Origin: a virus
Taxonomy: Duplodnaviria; Heunggongvirae; Uroviricota; Caudoviricetes
Reading direction: 5' to 3' (one strand)
Length of the DNA stretch: 64,000 bases
IMG/VR virus record: IMGVR_UViG_3300010365_001407
Coordinates: 49,463 to 113,462 of that record
The first letter of the stretch is position 1, and each line of letters starts with the position of its first letter. This document shows, piece after piece, positions 1 through 8,998 of this stretch. The notes under the pieces are model-generated. The model did no database searches and was not told the DNA's origin. It saw only the letters and a list, made by a program, of their open reading frames with translations. A program made the translations under genes and the position numbers.

Positions 1-237
1 GAATGATTGACAAGGTGATCCACCAAATAGTAAATCTATCTTAGGTAATTGAGAACTTTGTAATTCTGTTATACTACCCATCTGAATTGTGTTTGGATAA
101 TTATGTTGAGTTACTGACATTGCAGGTTCATCAATTTCTGATGCATAATAATTATCATATTTAATACCTAACTTGTTTAAAGCAATTTGTCCACAAGACA
201 TACCATCAAATAAACTTAATACATTTTCTATCTTCAT
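1..237 (-). CDS. DNA (cytosine-5)-methyltransferase, N-terminal part; gene runs off the window edge
   Basis: Minus-strand translation from the ATG at 237: MKIENVLSLFDGMSCGQIALNKLG...DLLFGGSPCQSF. It shows the C5-MTase motif I (F-x-G-x-x-x-G) and the motif IV Pro-Cys-Gln catalytic dipeptide. Confidence 0.7.
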   Translation of the reverse strand, partial: MKIENVLSLFDGMSCGQIALNKLGIKYDNYYASEIDEPAMSVTQHNYPNTIQMGSITELQSSQLPKIDLLFGGSPCQSF

Positions 238-287
238 TTATAAATAAATAATTTTAATATATATAGTACAAAATATAGTCTAAGTTT

Positions 288-977
288 ATGATTAGTAGTT
301 TTACTAAGTTCAATGAAAGTTTAACAAATGATATTGAAAAATTGAAAAGTGATATTGATGATGTATTTGCATATATTTCTGATGATAATAAAGTATCAAC
401 TTATATAAGAGAAAGTGAAGTTTATGTGGATATTCTTTCTATTCTACCAAATAATATAGTATATGATAATATAGAAGAATATATTAATAAACATGAGATA
501 TGGCATGAAGTACTTTTAGATATTAATGTTGCTATAGAACAATTAACCGCTAAGGGTAATGTTGGAGTTGTATTAAATATAAATACAGTAGGCAATGTAA
601 AGATTAAATTTCATTTAATACATAATAAAATAATTAAAAGTGATAATACTTTAATAGTAATTAGTGCTACTAATTTAAGTAAGGCACTTAAAGAAGCTGG
701 ATTAGAAGCTGGATCTGGAACTGATAATTATAGTACAAGAGAAAGAGATAGATATAGTATTCAATTATATTTTAAAAATGTAGAACTAAAAGAAATTGAA
801 GATAAAATTACTAAAATCTTTGTTGATGAAGGATTATCATATATTCAAGTTAAAAGTGAACGTGATTTCTACAATAATGGTGTGATAACCACTAATGTAT
901 TTTTTTCTGAACCTAAAATAAATATTAGTGGTAAATCTACTGGATTTAAAAGAATAAAATTAAAAAGACAAATATAA
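288..977 (+). CDS. hypothetical protein
   Basis: 229-aa ORF preceded by a TTTTAATATATATAG motif at 253-269; no recognisable domain. Confidence 0.55.
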   Translation: MISSFTKFNESLTNDIEKLKSDIDDVFAYISDDNKVSTYIRESEVYVDILSILPNNIVYDNIEEYINKHEIWHEVLLDINVAIEQLTAKGNVGVVLNINTVGNVKIKFHLIHNKIIKSDNTLIVISATNLSKALKEAGLEAGSGTDNYSTRERDRYSIQLYFKNVELKEIEDKITKIFVDEGLSYIQVKSERDFYNNGVITTNVFFSEPKINISGKSTGFKRIKLKRQI

Positions 978-1336
978 TGAATAGACCAGAAGTAAGAATT
1001 ATTAGTCAACAAGAAGAAACTAATAGTAGAGAAGTATCAGGATGGGAAGCAGAACAACTACTTAGAAAATATGGTCAAGATCAAAGTTTTTCTAATAGAC
1101 CTCAAGTTCAACAACCACAACAACCGGGATTAACTTTTGACCAAATGGTTGCTCAAGAAGAAGCTAAAATAAAACAAGAACAGCTTAGGAGACAACAACA
1201 AATGATGGGTCCTAAGCCAGTTACGTTTAATGGTCAAAATGGTTATGATTCAGAGATAAGATATGGTTCTGATTCAGATAGTGGATTTGGTTTCAAAATT
1301 GAAATCACCACTGATATGAATTTACCTAGATATTAA
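977..1336 (+). CDS. hypothetical Q-rich protein
   Basis: 119-aa ORF whose start overlaps the upstream stop (ATAATGA). Confidence 0.45.
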   Translation: MNRPEVRIISQQEETNSREVSGWEAEQLLRKYGQDQSFSNRPQVQQPQQPGLTFDQMVAQEEAKIKQEQLRRQQQMMGPKPVTFNGQNGYDSEIRYGSDSDSGFGFKIEITTDMNLPRY

Positions 1337-1629
1337 TTAAGAACTATTTTAGCTTTTAATCTAAGTTGATTGGATGGTTTTATAGGCCTTGGACATAATA
1401 CCATAAAAGGCTCAACAACATCTTTAGTAATAATAGGTAATTTTATAACATCACCTATCTTAAACCTTTTATCATCTGTTTTAAGTATCTTAACATTTGC
1501 AATTGCAGGAATTCTACTTGGACTCCATTCATAATCAACTAAAGTAGCAGTCAAGGTTACTACATTTTCACCTTCAATAAGTTCAATATTTAACTCTTTG
1601 TTATAATCTATTTTGTTCCAATCAATCAT
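1333..1629 (-). CDS. hypothetical protein
   Basis: 98-aa ORF. Confidence 0.45.
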   Translation of the reverse strand: MIDWNKIDYNKELNIELIEGENVVTLTATLVDYEWSPSRIPAIANVKILKTDDKRFKIGDVIKLPIITKDVVEPFMVLCPRPIKPSNQLRLKAKIVLN

Positions 1630-1671
1630 GACTTTTAGTTTATTTTTCTTCTACAAAGATACAAATTATTT

Positions 1672-2136
1672 TTAATTCCTAAAACTTTTCATTGCACTAT
1701 TTATAGCAAGATCCATTGCAATATCTTGATATTCATCCTCTGTAAGACCTGGTCCATATGCATCTTCTATCTTTTTAATCATTTCATATTTTCCTTTTTC
1801 AGATTCAGCTCTTCTTTTTTGAGATTGTATTTCTTCTTCAACACGTTCATCACTCCAAGTAGTTTCTCTTTCAAGTATCTCAATATCTTCTAGATTACAA
1901 ATACAACCTGCAACACCTGTTCCAGTAACTGCATTTGCTAATTCTTTAGGAACTGCTGCCCAAGTTCTACCACCATCAGAGAAATCATATACATATAAGT
2001 AACCAGATAATCTATATTCATTTGATGAATACTTACTTTTCTTTTCTCTTGTATCTCTGAAACAAGTTTTACCAACTTTTGTATTTTTCAACATATCTGT
2101 AGTAACTGCTTCATTAAACTTTCTCAAATGTTTCAT
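1672..2136 (-). CDS. hypothetical protein
   Basis: 154-aa ORF; TATATATAA motif just upstream on the minus strand (2140-2160). Confidence 0.5.
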   Translation of the reverse strand: MKHLRKFNEAVTTDMLKNTKVGKTCFRDTREKKSKYSSNEYRLSGYLYVYDFSDGGRTWAAVPKELANAVTGTGVAGCICNLEDIEILERETTWSDERVEEEIQSQKRRAESEKGKYEMIKKIEDAYGPGLTEDEYQDIAMDLAINSAMKSFRN

Positions 2137-2159
2137 AGATTATATATAAAAATAGTAAA

Positions 2160-2411
2160 CTAACTTTTAGTAATTAGATTGATTTTTGCTTCTCTTAGCA
2201 AGACTTTTATAAGTTCAAAGTCTTTTTCTGTTAATCCCCAACGGTCTTTAGGTTCAGTTAATAAATAAACAAGGTCTGTCATAGTAGAATCAGTTTTAAG
2301 ATACTCTAATTGTTTTTCACATTGTCTTATATGTGCAGCCAACATAAAGTGTTGTCTATTCATTGCTTCATCTTTCATGAAGTTTATTACATCTTGTATA
2401 TTATAATTCAT
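2160..2411 (-). CDS. hypothetical protein
   Basis: 83-aa ORF, first of four tightly packed or overlapping minus-strand ORFs. Confidence 0.45.
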   Translation of the reverse strand: MNYNIQDVINFMKDEAMNRQHFMLAAHIRQCEKQLEYLKTDSTMTDLVYLLTEPKDRWGLTEKDFELIKVLLREAKINLITKS

Positions 2412-2658
2412 CTAATAATAGTGTTAATTTTAAGTCTCTTAAACATTGACTTTGAGGATTGTATTTATTGAAATATTCTACCACTTTAGTAAGTTCAATT
2501 TTTAAGTTTTCTTGTGTAGGTTCAATATAGACTTTCCCATAATCACCATTAAAGGAATTTTCTATATCTCTTAGTTTACTTGCCATTTCATAGTCTTGAA
2601 CTTTAACTGTAAAAGATTTTAACTCATATACTTTATCAATTACTTCTTGACTAGACAT
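2401..2658 (-). CDS. hypothetical protein
   Basis: 85-aa ORF with start/stop overlap to its neighbours. Confidence 0.45.
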   Translation of the reverse strand: MSSQEVIDKVYELKSFTVKVQDYEMASKLRDIENSFNGDYGKVYIEPTQENLKIELTKVVEYFNKYNPQSQCLRDLKLTLLLDEL

Positions 2659-2890
2659 TTATAGATTTTAATTTATTGTATCTCCATTCACTTAATAAAC
2701 TAAAACTTTCTTTAATATAAGATTGTCTTTCAACACCATCATCATCCACAATTAATATTGTGTGTTTTGTAGAATCTAAAATAGTATATGATTTACCATA
2801 AGTTAATGATACTATTTTTGTATCTGAAAAATCAACTATACATATAACTACATCACCTTTATTCATTTTATTTTCTAACCAATATCCCAT
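2651..2890 (-). CDS. hypothetical protein
   Basis: 79-aa ORF in the same operon-like run. Confidence 0.45.
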   Translation of the reverse strand: MGYWLENKMNKGDVVICIVDFSDTKIVSLTYGKSYTILDSTKHTILIVDDDGVERQSYIKESFSLLSEWRYNKLKSINV

Positions 2891-3411
2891 TATTTAAGTA
2901 GTCTTTTTAATTTTATATCTCTAATTTCTTGTTCACTTCTTCTGAACCAAAGAGTTTGTTCATAAGCTAATCTCAATTCTTTATGAGTAGGTTTAACATC
3001 CCAAACACCATAAACATACATTGAATCATCCCAACAAATACAACTTCTTAATTCAGACCTTTCATCATCAGCCCAACTTTTATATGTCTGTCCATTACCT
3101 TCATACACATATTCATATTGAGTATTTCTCTCCCAGGTTCTTCTTACATCAACCCATTCAACTTCAATTGCCATATCAACCATATAATCATCAATATGTA
3201 ATCCAAGTTTAGGGTAATAAAGTCTTTCTTCATAATCTTCATCAATTCTTTTTATTGGTTCAGTAACTTCATATAAAAAGAACTTACCTGTATTTACTTT
3301 TGCTTTTAAGAAATCATATTTATCATTATGTTTTCTTAAAAAATCACCACTATAAGTAACTATTTTACTTATTTTCCTTTTCTCTGCTATTTCTTCCTTA
3401 GTTAAAATCAT
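2890..3411 (-). CDS. hypothetical protein
   Basis: 173-aa ORF; shares the divergent promoter region 3412-3464 with the fibre gene. Confidence 0.5.
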   Translation of the reverse strand: MILTKEEIAEKRKISKIVTYSGDFLRKHNDKYDFLKAKVNTGKFFLYEVTEPIKRIDEDYEERLYYPKLGLHIDDYMVDMAIEVEWVDVRRTWERNTQYEYVYEGNGQTYKSWADDERSELRSCICWDDSMYVYGVWDVKPTHKELRLAYEQTLWFRRSEQEIRDIKLKRLLK

Positions 3412-3428
3412 TTTACAAATATAAAAAA

Positions 3429-3440
3429 TTAATATATAAG
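3429..3440. promoter_or_regulatory. conserved near-palindromic TTAATATATAAG motif in a divergent intergenic region
   Basis: Same motif family recurs upstream of many genes (see findings); here it sits between divergent genes starting at 3411 (-) and 3465 (+). Confidence 0.35.
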
Positions 3441-3464
3441 ATACAAAATAATATAGAATTAATT

Positions 3465-6233
3465 ATGGCTTTAGTTGTCTTTAGTGAAAGAATAGATTTT
3501 AATTCAATTACTCCTCCAGAACAAGGTGGATATATAGTTGGATATAATATAGAGAATGATTTATTATCACAGATGGATTATCAAGGTATTGTTACTCCAA
3601 TAGGTGGTGTAGGAAGTGCAGGAACATTATTTAGTACATTATCACTAGGTAACACTACTGGTACATATTCTATAGTTTTAGATAGTTCTATAACAAAAGG
3701 AACTAATAAAATATCATTAGATAGTGGTATAGTTTCATTAACAACTGATAATGGTTCTTATGGAGAATCATACTTATATTTGAATTCAGGTAATGTAATT
3801 TTGGGTAATGGTTCCAGTAAAAGTTTTAGAATAGAAAATACAGGTATAACTACTAAATGGTCAGAGACTGATAGACAGATAATTAATACAAACTCATATG
3901 AGTTATTTTTAAATAATTTTGCAACATTACAATTTGGTCAATTATCATCAGGTGCTGGTAGTAAACTATCTGCTTTAATTTCTACCGATAACTCAACAAT
4001 TAGTAATAGTATTGTAAATACAGTTGTAATTGGTGGTCAAAATTTATCAGCAACACAATCTAATTCAGTTTATGTTCCTAACTTGTATATTCAAGATGGT
4101 AAAGTAATAAAAAGTACTAAGGGTACTGGTCAAATTAAAATTACTGAATTAGATATAATAACATCTAACTCTATTGGTAATTTTGCTTTAGTATCATCAA
4201 CTAGTTCAAATGTGTTCACTAAGAATGGTATTATCATAAAGGATAGTGCAACTGCATCAACAAGTCCTAATTTTGATTCTGGTATAACTTATATATCAAC
4301 TAAAAATTCAGGTGCAACTGCCAGTATAAAAAACTCTGTAATTATAGGTGGTAATGGTTTACAAGCCACTCAGGATAATACAGTATATCTTCCTAATGTT
4401 AATATAAATAATTTATATACATTACCATCAACTGATGGTACATCAGATCAGGTTATAAAAACAGATGGTTTAGGAAATTTATCTTGGACAACAGTAGGAG
4501 TTGGTGGAACAGGTGGAACAGGTTCAGGTATAACAAATACTATAACAAAGTGGACAAGTTCTTCAACTTTTGGTAATAGTAATATAACTGATGATGGTAC
4601 AACTATTAATATTAATGATTCATTAATAATAGGTACAAATTCTGTCTATACAAGTAATACATTGAATACAATAATTGGATATAGAACAAACGTATCTATG
4701 GCAGGTGGATTTAATACTGCTATTGGTGTTAATGCATTTAGGAATAATACAACAGGTGGAAATAATATTATTATGGGTAATAATTCACTCTATAATAATT
4801 CAACAGGTAATTTTAATCTTGCAATTGGTAATAACTCACTATATAATAACACAACCGCAGGTTTTAATATAGGAGTTGGACACAATACTTTATATGCAAC
4901 AACAACAGGTGTGGATAATGTTGCAATTGGTTATTTACCATTAAGTAGTAATACAACAGGTTCTAATAATATTTCAATTGGTAAAGCAGCAATGTTATTT
5001 AACACAACAGGTTCTGGTAATGTTGCAATTGGTTGGCAGTCATTACCAAGAAATACAAGTGCAGATAGTACAATTTCAATTGGTAGAAATGCAATGTTTT
5101 ATAGTAGAATAGGGGAACAAAATGTTGCAATTGGTGATGCCACAATGTATTACAATACCTTAGGAGGTTATAATGTTTCTGTTGGATATCAAGCAGCATT
5201 TGAAAATACAACAGGAATATTAACTTTAGGTACATTTTCTGAAGGAAGTGGATATACACCAGGAACACATTCAGGAGTTCAACTTAAATATAATGGTGGT
5301 GGTTTTTTAGATGTTGTTGCAAGTGATTATCCATTAGCAACAATAGTTGTTTCACCAGGAGGTACTGTGAGCTCAGTCACATTAGACACACCAGGACATG
5401 GATTTCAAAATACATCAACTATTCTTGGATGTACTGCAAGTCCAATTGGACCAGGGACTGGATTCACTGTAAGGATAAGTTCATTAATAAGCGGTGAATA
5501 TAATACAATTATTGGTAATGGTGCACTTCGTTATAATACAATAGGTAGTGATAATATAGCAATTGGTAAAAATGCTGGTAATAATACTATATTAGGAACA
5601 AATGTTATATCTAATAATTCTATATTTATAGGTAGTGATACTAGAGCACAGTCAACAGATGAAACTAATCAAATAGTAATAGGTTATAATACAACAGGAA
5701 ATGGATCTAACTCTACTACAATAGGTAATGATAATACATTAAAAACTATCATTAAAGGTAATGTTGGATTTGGATTAACTGGACCAAGTACAAAAGTTGA
5801 TATTTATGCAACTCAATCAGGTGGTGGTTTTAAACTACAAGATACATCAGAAGGACCAGGTTATGTTCTTATATCTGATGTGAATGGTGTTGCAAGTTGG
5901 ACATCTTCAGTTACATCAACCACAGCAATTGATGTTATAACATCAACATCAAGTATTACAACAAATACATTAACAGATGGTGGATATGATCAAAATGGTA
6001 GATGTGTTATTATAAATAATGGTACATATAGTATAAACCTTACTGTTAATTCTTATGACAGATTTACATCAACATATTTAAAACATGGAACTGCAAGTGT
6101 AACATTTGTACAAGGTTCAGGAAGAACACTAATTGATGTTGATGGTACATTTATATTAGATGGTTCTGTTGGTTCAACTGCAACAATAATAAGTTATGGT
6201 ACAACTGATTACTTAAGAGTAAGTAATGCATAA
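3465..6233 (+). CDS. tail-fibre-like structural protein with YadA-head / Hep_Hag-like tandem repeats
   Basis: 922 aa, N/S/T/G-rich. More than 12 tandem units of about 15 aa of the form NTTGxxNxAIGxxAL between aa 400 and 600. Confidence 0.65.
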   Translation: MALVVFSERIDFNSITPPEQGGYIVGYNIENDLLSQMDYQGIVTPIGGVGSAGTLFSTLSLGNTTGTYSIVLDSSITKGTNKISLDSGIVSLTTDNGSYGESYLYLNSGNVILGNGSSKSFRIENTGITTKWSETDRQIINTNSYELFLNNFATLQFGQLSSGAGSKLSALISTDNSTISNSIVNTVVIGGQNLSATQSNSVYVPNLYIQDGKVIKSTKGTGQIKITELDIITSNSIGNFALVSSTSSNVFTKNGIIIKDSATASTSPNFDSGITYISTKNSGATASIKNSVIIGGNGLQATQDNTVYLPNVNINNLYTLPSTDGTSDQVIKTDGLGNLSWTTVGVGGTGGTGSGITNTITKWTSSSTFGNSNITDDGTTININDSLIIGTNSVYTSNTLNTIIGYRTNVSMAGGFNTAIGVNAFRNNTTGGNNIIMGNNSLYNNSTGNFNLAIGNNSLYNNTTAGFNIGVGHNTLYATTTGVDNVAIGYLPLSSNTTGSNNISIGKAAMLFNTTGSGNVAIGWQSLPRNTSADSTISIGRNAMFYSRIGEQNVAIGDATMYYNTLGGYNVSVGYQAAFENTTGILTLGTFSEGSGYTPGTHSGVQLKYNGGGFLDVVASDYPLATIVVSPGGTVSSVTLDTPGHGFQNTSTILGCTASPIGPGTGFTVRISSLISGEYNTIIGNGALRYNTIGSDNIAIGKNAGNNTILGTNVISNNSIFIGSDTRAQSTDETNQIVIGYNTTGNGSNSTTIGNDNTLKTIIKGNVGFGLTGPSTKVDIYATQSGGGFKLQDTSEGPGYVLISDVNGVASWTSSVTSTTAIDVITSTSSITTNTLTDGGYDQNGRCVIINNGTYSINLTVNSYDRFTSTYLKHGTASVTFVQGSGRTLIDVDGTFILDGSVGSTATIISYGTTDYLRVSNA

Positions 6234-6247
6234 AAATAATAAATAAT

Positions 6248-7033
6248 ATGTTTAATAATACATTTTTTGAATTTGGATATAATGTTATATTTGAACCTGA
6301 ATATATTGCAATATTAGATTATGCAAAGTCTAATGGGTATCAATTACCTAAAAGAAATCAGAATTTTAAAAATAATAAAAAAATAAAAAAACTAAAGTCA
6401 GAAGGTATATTTACTGAATTAGATATATTATACAACTTTAAACAACATTCAGGATTAAGTGATTTCAGTAAGATAAATTGGGTAAATCCTGGTGTCTATA
6501 ATGCAACACAGAGTAATGTTATAAATCATCCTGTTTTAGAAAGTGATAAAGGATTTAAAGGTGGTACAAATAGTTATCTATTAACTGATTATATACCATC
6601 TATTAACTCTAATAAAGCACAATTAGAAGATGTTACTGTTTTCTTTAAAACATATGATGAGATACAAGGTGTTGTTGCAGGTACAAGAAATGGTTCAGGT
6701 AATAACTTTGTATTTAGAAAATTTAATCCATCAGGTAATAATGTTGCTAATTTTCATGGTAATAGTGGTGGGGATGGACTAAATGTATTTGCTGATAATA
6801 AGCATGTTATTCATTCAAAATTTGGATTAACACATAGTTATTATGTTGATGGAACTTTAACAACCACTGGTACATATTCCAGTACATTCTTCAGTACAGT
6901 TCCATTAACAATTTTTGCTTGGAATTTAAATGGTACAATATCACAAAATTTTGAAGGTGGTATTGAATACTTTGCACTTGGTAGTTCCTATATAGGAACA
7001 AAGGCATTAGAAATATCTGAGATATTTAAGTAG
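6248..7033 (+). CDS. hypothetical protein, possible lectin-like fibre-associated protein
   Basis: 261 aa directly downstream of the fibre gene; Gly/Asn-rich beta-like C-terminal half. Domain assignment is a guess. Confidence 0.45.
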   Translation: MFNNTFFEFGYNVIFEPEYIAILDYAKSNGYQLPKRNQNFKNNKKIKKLKSEGIFTELDILYNFKQHSGLSDFSKINWVNPGVYNATQSNVINHPVLESDKGFKGGTNSYLLTDYIPSINSNKAQLEDVTVFFKTYDEIQGVVAGTRNGSGNNFVFRKFNPSGNNVANFHGNSGGDGLNVFADNKHVIHSKFGLTHSYYVDGTLTTTGTYSSTFFSTVPLTIFAWNLNGTISQNFEGGIEYFALGSSYIGTKALEISEIFK

Positions 7034-7119
7034 AAGAGAGCAAGGGAATCGAACCCTAGCCAGTTTCCCGACCGTCACGCTTAGCAGGCGGACCCTATCA
7101 CCATCAAGGTTTACTCTCC
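7034..7119 (-). tRNA. tRNA-Ser (anticodon GCU), class II long variable arm
   Basis: Reverse complement has a 7/7 acceptor stem (GGAGAGT/GCTCTCT with G-U pairs), anticodon loop CUGCUAA, a long variable arm and T-arm GGGTTCGATTCCC. Confidence 0.6.
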
Positions 7120-7128
7120 ATTTTTTAG

Positions 7129-7214
7129 CAGTGAACAAGGGAATCGAACCCTAGCCAGTTTCCCGACCGAACTGCTTTCCAGGCAGACCCTATCACCATC
7201 AAGGTTTACTCACT
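7129..7214 (-). tRNA. tRNA-Ser (anticodon GGA), class II
   Basis: Near-identical scaffold to 7034-7119; anticodon loop CUGGAAA; acceptor AGTGAGT/GTTCACT. Confidence 0.6.
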
Positions 7215-7218
7215 ATTG

Positions 7219-7306
7219 CGGAAGAAGTGAGACTTGAACTCACACGGGTGTTACCCCCAACAGTTTTCAAGACTGCGACCCATAGACCAACTTGGCTTAT
7301 TCTTCC
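7219..7306 (-). tRNA. class II tRNA, anticodon read as UGA (Ser); assignment tentative
   Basis: Perfect 7-bp acceptor GGAAGAA/TTCTTCC, T-arm GTGAG-TTCAAGT-CTCAC, anticodon stem-loop GCAGT-CTTGAAA-ACTGT and a long variable arm. The D-arm is hard to place by eye. Confidence 0.5.
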
Positions 7307-7349
7307 ATATTTTTAATTATACCACTTATTGTACCTTTTGATACTTTTG

Positions 7350-7435
7350 TGGAGAAGTGAGGTATCGAACCCCATGCGAGTAAACGCACCCACAGTTTTC
7401 AAGACTGGGTTTAGCACCTGCTAAATTACTCCTCC
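7350..7435 (-). tRNA. class II tRNA, anticodon loop CTTGAAA (UGA-like); identity tentative
   Basis: Acceptor GGAGGAG/CTTCTCC, T-loop TTCGATA and a 17-nt variable arm. It has the same anticodon loop as 7219-7306, so one of the two may be mis-read. Confidence 0.45.
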
Positions 7436-7442
7436 ATATTTG

Positions 7443-7515
7443 TGATTCCAATAGGATTCGAACCTATATCTGATCGTTCGTAGCGACCTATCCTATCCAA
7501 TTGAACGATGGAACC
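7443..7515 (-). tRNA. tRNA-Arg (anticodon ACG)
   Basis: 73 nt; acceptor GGTTCCA/TGGAATC, anticodon stem GGTCG/CGATC with loop CTACGAA, T-arm TAGGTTCGAATCCTA. Confidence 0.6.
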
Positions 7516-7522
7516 AATAAAA

Positions 7523-7552
7523 AAACCCACAAACTTTGAGGTTTGTGGGTTT
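7523..7552. terminator. bidirectional rho-independent terminator hairpin
   Basis: AAACCCACAAAC-TTTGAG-GTTTGTGGGTTT is a perfect 12-bp stem flanked by A-run and T-run. Confidence 0.6.
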
Positions 7553-7727
7553 CAAATAACTTTTAACTTAAAATTATGAATACACAAGAACCTCACTCAA
7601 TTTACTTGAGCGACTTGAAGAACTTGACGATGTAGTGCTTTGCACTCTCACTATGTGAGTACTTATAATTGTTTTCATAACTTATATATTAAAAATTTAT
7701 TCTTTTGTTTTACTTTTTTACTTTTAG

Positions 7728-7820
7728 TAGTCTGAACAGGAATCGAACCTGTGATGCGCGGAAGATACCCCTACTATATATAGGATCGACTACATAATGT
7801 TACCACTACATTATCAGACT
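7728..7820 (-). tRNA. tRNA-like element with irregular core, possibly Ile(UAU)-like or a pseudo-tRNA
   Basis: Canonical acceptor AGTCTGA/TCAGACT and T-arm ACAGG-TTCGATT-CCTGT, but 93 nt long. About 10 extra nt sit between the D-arm and the only good anticodon-like hairpin (TCCTA-TATATAG-TAGGG), which has A at position 33. Confidence 0.35.
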
Positions 7821-7829
7821 ATTTTTTTG

Positions 7830-7901
7830 TGCGGACTGACGGAATCGAACCGACCTCTTATGGGCTTCAACCATACGCTAAACCGTCTCAGCTAAATCCG
7901 C
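7830..7901 (-). tRNA. tRNA-Phe (anticodon GAA)
   Basis: 72 nt; acceptor GCGGATT/AGTCCGC, anticodon stem TATGG/CCATA with loop TTGAAGC, T-loop TTCGATT. Confidence 0.6.
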
Positions 7902-8678
7902 ATTATATTTTTTTATCCATTTTCTTATAGTGTTATCACTAACACCATATTTTTTACCAGTTGAGACATAGTTTGTTTCTTTTATATCTTTTAATAGTTG
8001 GTATAATGAAGGTCTTTCAACCTTTCTTTGTTTAAATGAATCACATTTAGAACACATTTTAGAACGTTTATATATTTCTATACCACATTCACAATACTTT
8101 TTATTATCTAATAGTTCAAATGTTGGTTTGTTTTCTACTAATCCATTTATATAAAGTATTAAACTGTCAATAAAATACTTTTTAGAATCCTTGTTCAATA
8201 ATTGATACTCACTCCATTTTATTCTAATTATATCCCAACCTAAGTCTTCTAAATATTTATTTCTTCTTTTATCACTTTCAATAATTTTATTATCTAAATA
8301 GTGTTGACTACCATCAACCTCTATATCTATTTTCTTATCTAAAATACAAAAGTCTAATTCGTACAATCCAATTCTGTAGGATTTTGTTATATTAATATTT
8401 TTATCTAAAAAAACCTCAGTAAAATATTTCTCAGGATATGATTCATTTCTACTATGATTTAATAGGTAAGGAACTTTATCAGGATTATTTTTTAAATATT
8501 CTTTTCTACTATTTGATATTTTTTTTCTAGTTTCATCTGATAACTTTCTATTTTTACCAATTTCACTTAATTTACTACATCTAATTTTATAATTTGGATT
8601 TAATTTACAATTTGTAATATGTCCACCAAGTTTTAATCCATTTTCTGTTGTAAATCCACAATACTTACACTCCTTCAT
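7878..8678 (-). CDS. homing-endonuclease-like protein (N-terminal Zn finger, NUMOD3-like motifs, Vsr/DUF559-like PD-(D/E)xK domain)
   Basis: 266 aa; CKYCGF...HITNC, LSDETRKKISNSRKEY, and YELDFCILDKKIDIEVDGSQHY...RRNKYLEDLGWDIIRI. Confidence 0.6.
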   Translation of the reverse strand: MKECKYCGFTTENGLKLGGHITNCKLNPNYKIRCSKLSEIGKNRKLSDETRKKISNSRKEYLKNNPDKVPYLLNHSRNESYPEKYFTEVFLDKNINITKSYRIGLYELDFCILDKKIDIEVDGSQHYLDNKIIESDKRRNKYLEDLGWDIIRIKWSEYQLLNKDSKKYFIDSLILYINGLVENKPTFELLDNKKYCECGIEIYKRSKMCSKCDSFKQRKVERPSLYQLLKDIKETNYVSTGKKYGVSDNTIRKWIKKYNADLAETV

Positions 8679-8754
8679 AATTCAATTATCTTTTCTTTTA
8701 TATATAAATAATTGAACTCCCTCTCCTTAAAAAAGCTGAGTGCTTGTAAATTAG

Positions 8755-8833
8755 TTCCCCCGACTGGGTACGATCCAGTAGTCTGCATATTAAAAGTATG
8801 CGGCTTTCTCCATTTAAGCTACGGGAGAGAATT
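8755..8833. repeat. 79-bp direct repeat, copy 1 (contains tRNA-Lys)
   Basis: Identical to 9152-9231: GTTCCCCCGACTGGGTACGATCCAGTAGTCTGCATATTAAAAGTATGCGGCTTTCTCCATTTAAGCTACGGGAGAGAATT. Confidence 0.9.
8756..8828 (-). tRNA. tRNA-Lys (anticodon UUU) with A54:U58-swapped T-loop
   Basis: Acceptor TCTCCCG/CGGGGGA, D-stem GCTT/AAGC, anticodon stem GCATA/TATGC with loop CTTTTAA, T-arm ACTGG-ATCGTAC-CCAGT. Confidence 0.55.
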
Positions 8834-8838
8834 ATTTG

Positions 8839-8911
8839 GGTGAAAGACGGATCCCGAGACCGCATCTCCTCCTTCACAGGGAGGCATCCTAACCTTTAGA
8901 CGACAATCACC
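8839..8911 (-). tRNA. degenerate tRNA-His-like element (anticodon GUG, G-1/C73), possible pseudogene
   Basis: Perfect anticodon arm CCTCC-CTGTGAA-GGAGG with extra 5' G and discriminator C. Only 5/7 acceptor pairs and a non-canonical T-arm (GCGGT-CTCGGGA-TCCGT). Confidence 0.3.
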
Positions 8912-8920
8912 ATATATCAG

Positions 8921-8991
8921 CACGCCATACAGGACTCGAACCTGTAACACTGGTTTTGGAGACCAGGATGATACCATTTCACCAATGACGT
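8921..8991 (-). tRNA. tRNA-Trp (anticodon CCA)
   Basis: 71 nt; acceptor ACGTCAT/ATGGCGT, anticodon stem CTGGT/ACCAG with loop CTCCAAA, T-arm ACAGG-TTCGAGT-CCTGT. Confidence 0.6.
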
Positions 8992-8998
8992 ATTTTGG

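Noticed and set aside
4675-5268. Internal ORFs 4675-4872 (+) and 4999-5268 (-) inside the fibre gene.
   Set aside because: Alternative-frame and antisense ORFs within a strongly supported 922-aa gene; repeat-driven.
8838-8912. Alternative plus-strand reading of the palindromic anticodon arm as tRNA-Val(CAC).
   Set aside because: No acceptor-stem complementarity on the plus strand (5' GGTGAAA versus 3' AATCACC). The minus-strand reading gives 5/7 acceptor pairs plus G-1/C73.
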